Part shown: in pieces, positions 61,517-64,000 of the stretch
How the letters are laid out: each line of letters begins with the position of its first letter
How positions within the stretch are numbered: the stretch's first letter is position 1
Origin: Podarcis vaucheri
Lineage: Eukaryota
DNA: 64,000 bases
Assembly (NCBI GenBank): GCA_965113315.1
Contig: OZ220370.1
Reading direction: 5' to 3' (one strand)
Position numbers and translations under genes: made by a program
The notes under the pieces: model-generated
Seen by the model: the letters and a program-made list of their open reading frames with translations, nothing else
What the model was told of the DNA's origin: nothing
Database searches by the model: none

Positions 61517-62584
61517 CTTTCTAAGTGGACAGATTGAGCTTTGGTCTGTCTGTCTGTCTGTCTGACACATGGAACAGTGTACTTATGGTGTTGCAGACAG
61601 TCCTTTCCTCTTCCCTCCTAACTCGTATCATCCCTGTCTATGGCACTCTGCCCCAGAACTGACCATTTCTGTCACTCGAAAGTAAATGGGTCAGGGTGTG
61701 CTGGCAACATAAGGATTCTCTTCTCCCTCCATTACATGCCATATGTCTGTAACCCTACAGGTGTTCTACTAGTCTATTTATAACCTTTGCTAATGCAAAA
61801 ATATGTTTCTAATTGCAAGTAATTGATGCATGATTAAGACAAATGGTTGGAGCTATAGTGAGGGGTGGGGGGAGCTCTCTTGTTATTCTGGCTTTGGCAG
61901 CAACTTGGATCAGATTGATACCACATTAGAACAATGTTTTATAGCCTCTGCCAATTTAATAATCGAATCAGATGCTGGATCTGTACAGAACTGCATCTCT
62001 GATTGACAGAAAAGGCTGTTTTAATATGGATGTGATGTGCTATTCATATATAATAGGGTCTTTGAATGACAGTTTAACAATGGTATAATTTCTACCTTAT
62101 ATACTGTAAATGATTCTCATTGTGGCGCTGGTAGCTCTGCGCAAGCTGTATTATGTATAGAACACCCTTTCCCCACCAAACAGTAATGCTTTTAAAAAAA
62201 ACCCCTATGGGTTGTGACAATTAATCCAATATTGCTAGGCAGTGTCAAGTACCACTATTGTTGCAAATCGTAGGATAAGAGTTCTTGGGTACTTAACATC
62301 CAGTGAAGGACAGCACATCTCTTTTGAGATATGTTGCACATAAAGGCAATGGGGAGAAATGGTTCCAAGCTTGCATTTGTCTACATCGCTTCTAATGTAC
62401 ACCCCCTGCAAATCCTCTTCTCCCCCACCCACAGTTTTTGCTCCAGAATCCTCTTAGGGAAAAACTGTCTAATGTAATAGAGTTACTTTGTTCCATTAAA
62501 TCACATAAGGGGAAATTTAAGAAGCCTCAAAGACCAAATAAAAAATAGAGAATCCCCTTGCAGACTCTGCAGTCTCTCACTATA

Positions 62585-62826
62585 CAGTGGTACCTCGGGT
62601 TACATACGCTTCAGGTTACATATGCTTCAGGTTACAGACTGCGCTAACCCAGAAATAGTACCTCGGGTTAAGAACTTTGCTTCAGGATGAGAACAGAAAT
62701 CGTGCGGCGGCACGGCAGCAGCAGCAGGAGGCCCCATTAGCTAAAGTGGTGCTTCAGGTTAAGAACAGTTTCAGGTTAAGAACAGACCTCTGGAATGAAT
62801 TAAGTACGTAACAAGAGGTACCACTG
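62585..62826. mobile_element. Tc1/mariner-superfamily MITE
   Basis: TA|CAGTGGTACCTC ... GAGGTACCACTG|TA. Confidence 0.9.
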
Positions 62827-64000
62827 TAATTTGTAATTCTCCTTTATTGAATGTAATAGAGTCATGTGATGGTTGCTGATCAGCAAGGCTGTGTGTAGGT
62901 GTGTGAGGGTCTGGTACAGTGCCTTCTCAGTGGCCGCACCCCAACTGAGGGACTCACAGGGAGGTAAGGTTCTTCTCCCCAGTTATTATTTAGATGCCAA
63001 TTTAAAACATACGTCTGCTTGAGCATTTTGGCCACGAATTGGCTCTGGGATTCCAAAGTTCTGTTTCACTGCTTTGTTGTTCTGTTTTTGTTTTTTGTTA
63101 AATAAAACATCTAAACATTACAAGATTTATCATTTCCATTTTTTTTATGTGGTGCACCTCCCCAGACTTCAGGAGGAAAGGCAATATATAAATGAAATGA
63201 AATACAATAAACAAAAGCAATAATATTTTGCACTTGGCTCCTGCAAGTGAATCTGGGAGTTCTGGTAAAAATTCAAAGCAAGCCTTCCTTGCCCCTGTCC
63301 TAGAGCCAAGGGCTCTGACAAATGTCCTCTTAAGTGCTGATTGGCTCCTGCATCCAATCCTAAATGCTTATTTACCAGGGCAGTGACTCACAGGAATGGA
63401 ACAGTAGAACGGAAAAATATTATTTAGAGTTATTCTGCCCCCCTGAGTTCTCAGTTCAGGCAAGACACTATTCTTTATGTTACTTTTTTCTGTGTTACTA
63501 ATAAGAGCACTGTTAAACATAAAGCGCCTCCATACAAATATATATCTATAAGGAGTAGCCAGTGACCCACATTACAGTGGGGCTGAGAAAGATCAATGAC
63601 ACTGTACTCATAAGAGGCTTTTTAAGGTTGAGTGTGAATGTCGCCGCAGTCATTCATTTTGTCAGTGGACTTTCTCCTCTTGGTCAGGACCATACATCAC
63701 GGCGCCGATTTCACACAATGCCTTGGCTCCTTCTTTGAATAGATTGTAGTCCTTTGGAAAGGACCTACATTCTTTTCCATAGCTTTGATACCAGTGTATT
63801 AGGACTGTTAGCGTTTTGAAGAGTTATTTTTAAAATTCCGCTCTCCTCTTTGTGCATTTCTTAGGATATTGTGACTCAAATGTAAAAGCTCATTCACCCA
63901 CAACTGTGGCGACAAGGATAACTGGTCTCAGGTCAGTTTGACTCCTCTTGAGATTTCTATGGCGGCATGTTACAAAGTGCTATTTTACCACATGAAAACC

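Overview
Vertebrate genomic DNA, almost certainly a lacertid lizard (inferred from Sauria/Squam1, Squam2-like and Squam3-like SINEs, CR1, L1, L2 and RTE). The window is the convergent ZFHX4-PEX2 locus. It contains the last coding exon and 3' UTR of ZFHX4 (+, about 6.9-11.1 kb, partly N-masked), a TE-rich intergenic region, the single coding exon of PEX2 (-, 34629-35546) and the probable PEX2 CpG-island promoter/exon 1 near 53.7-54.3 kb. The most notable feature lies inside the inferred PEX2 5'-UTR intron: a full-length 2879-bp hAT DNA transposon (42745-45623) with TIRs, a perfect 8-bp TSD and an uninterrupted 710-aa transposase retaining the D-D-E triad, on the same strand as PEX2. The ORF is bracketed by a strong splice acceptor 89 nt upstream of its ATG and a consensus donor 10 nt after its stop. 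It could therefore be spliced as a cassette exon into a bicistronic, NMD-escaping transposase-PEX2 mRNA. That transcript model is inference and needs RNA data. TE family names and human-protein comparisons are from recall, not from searches.
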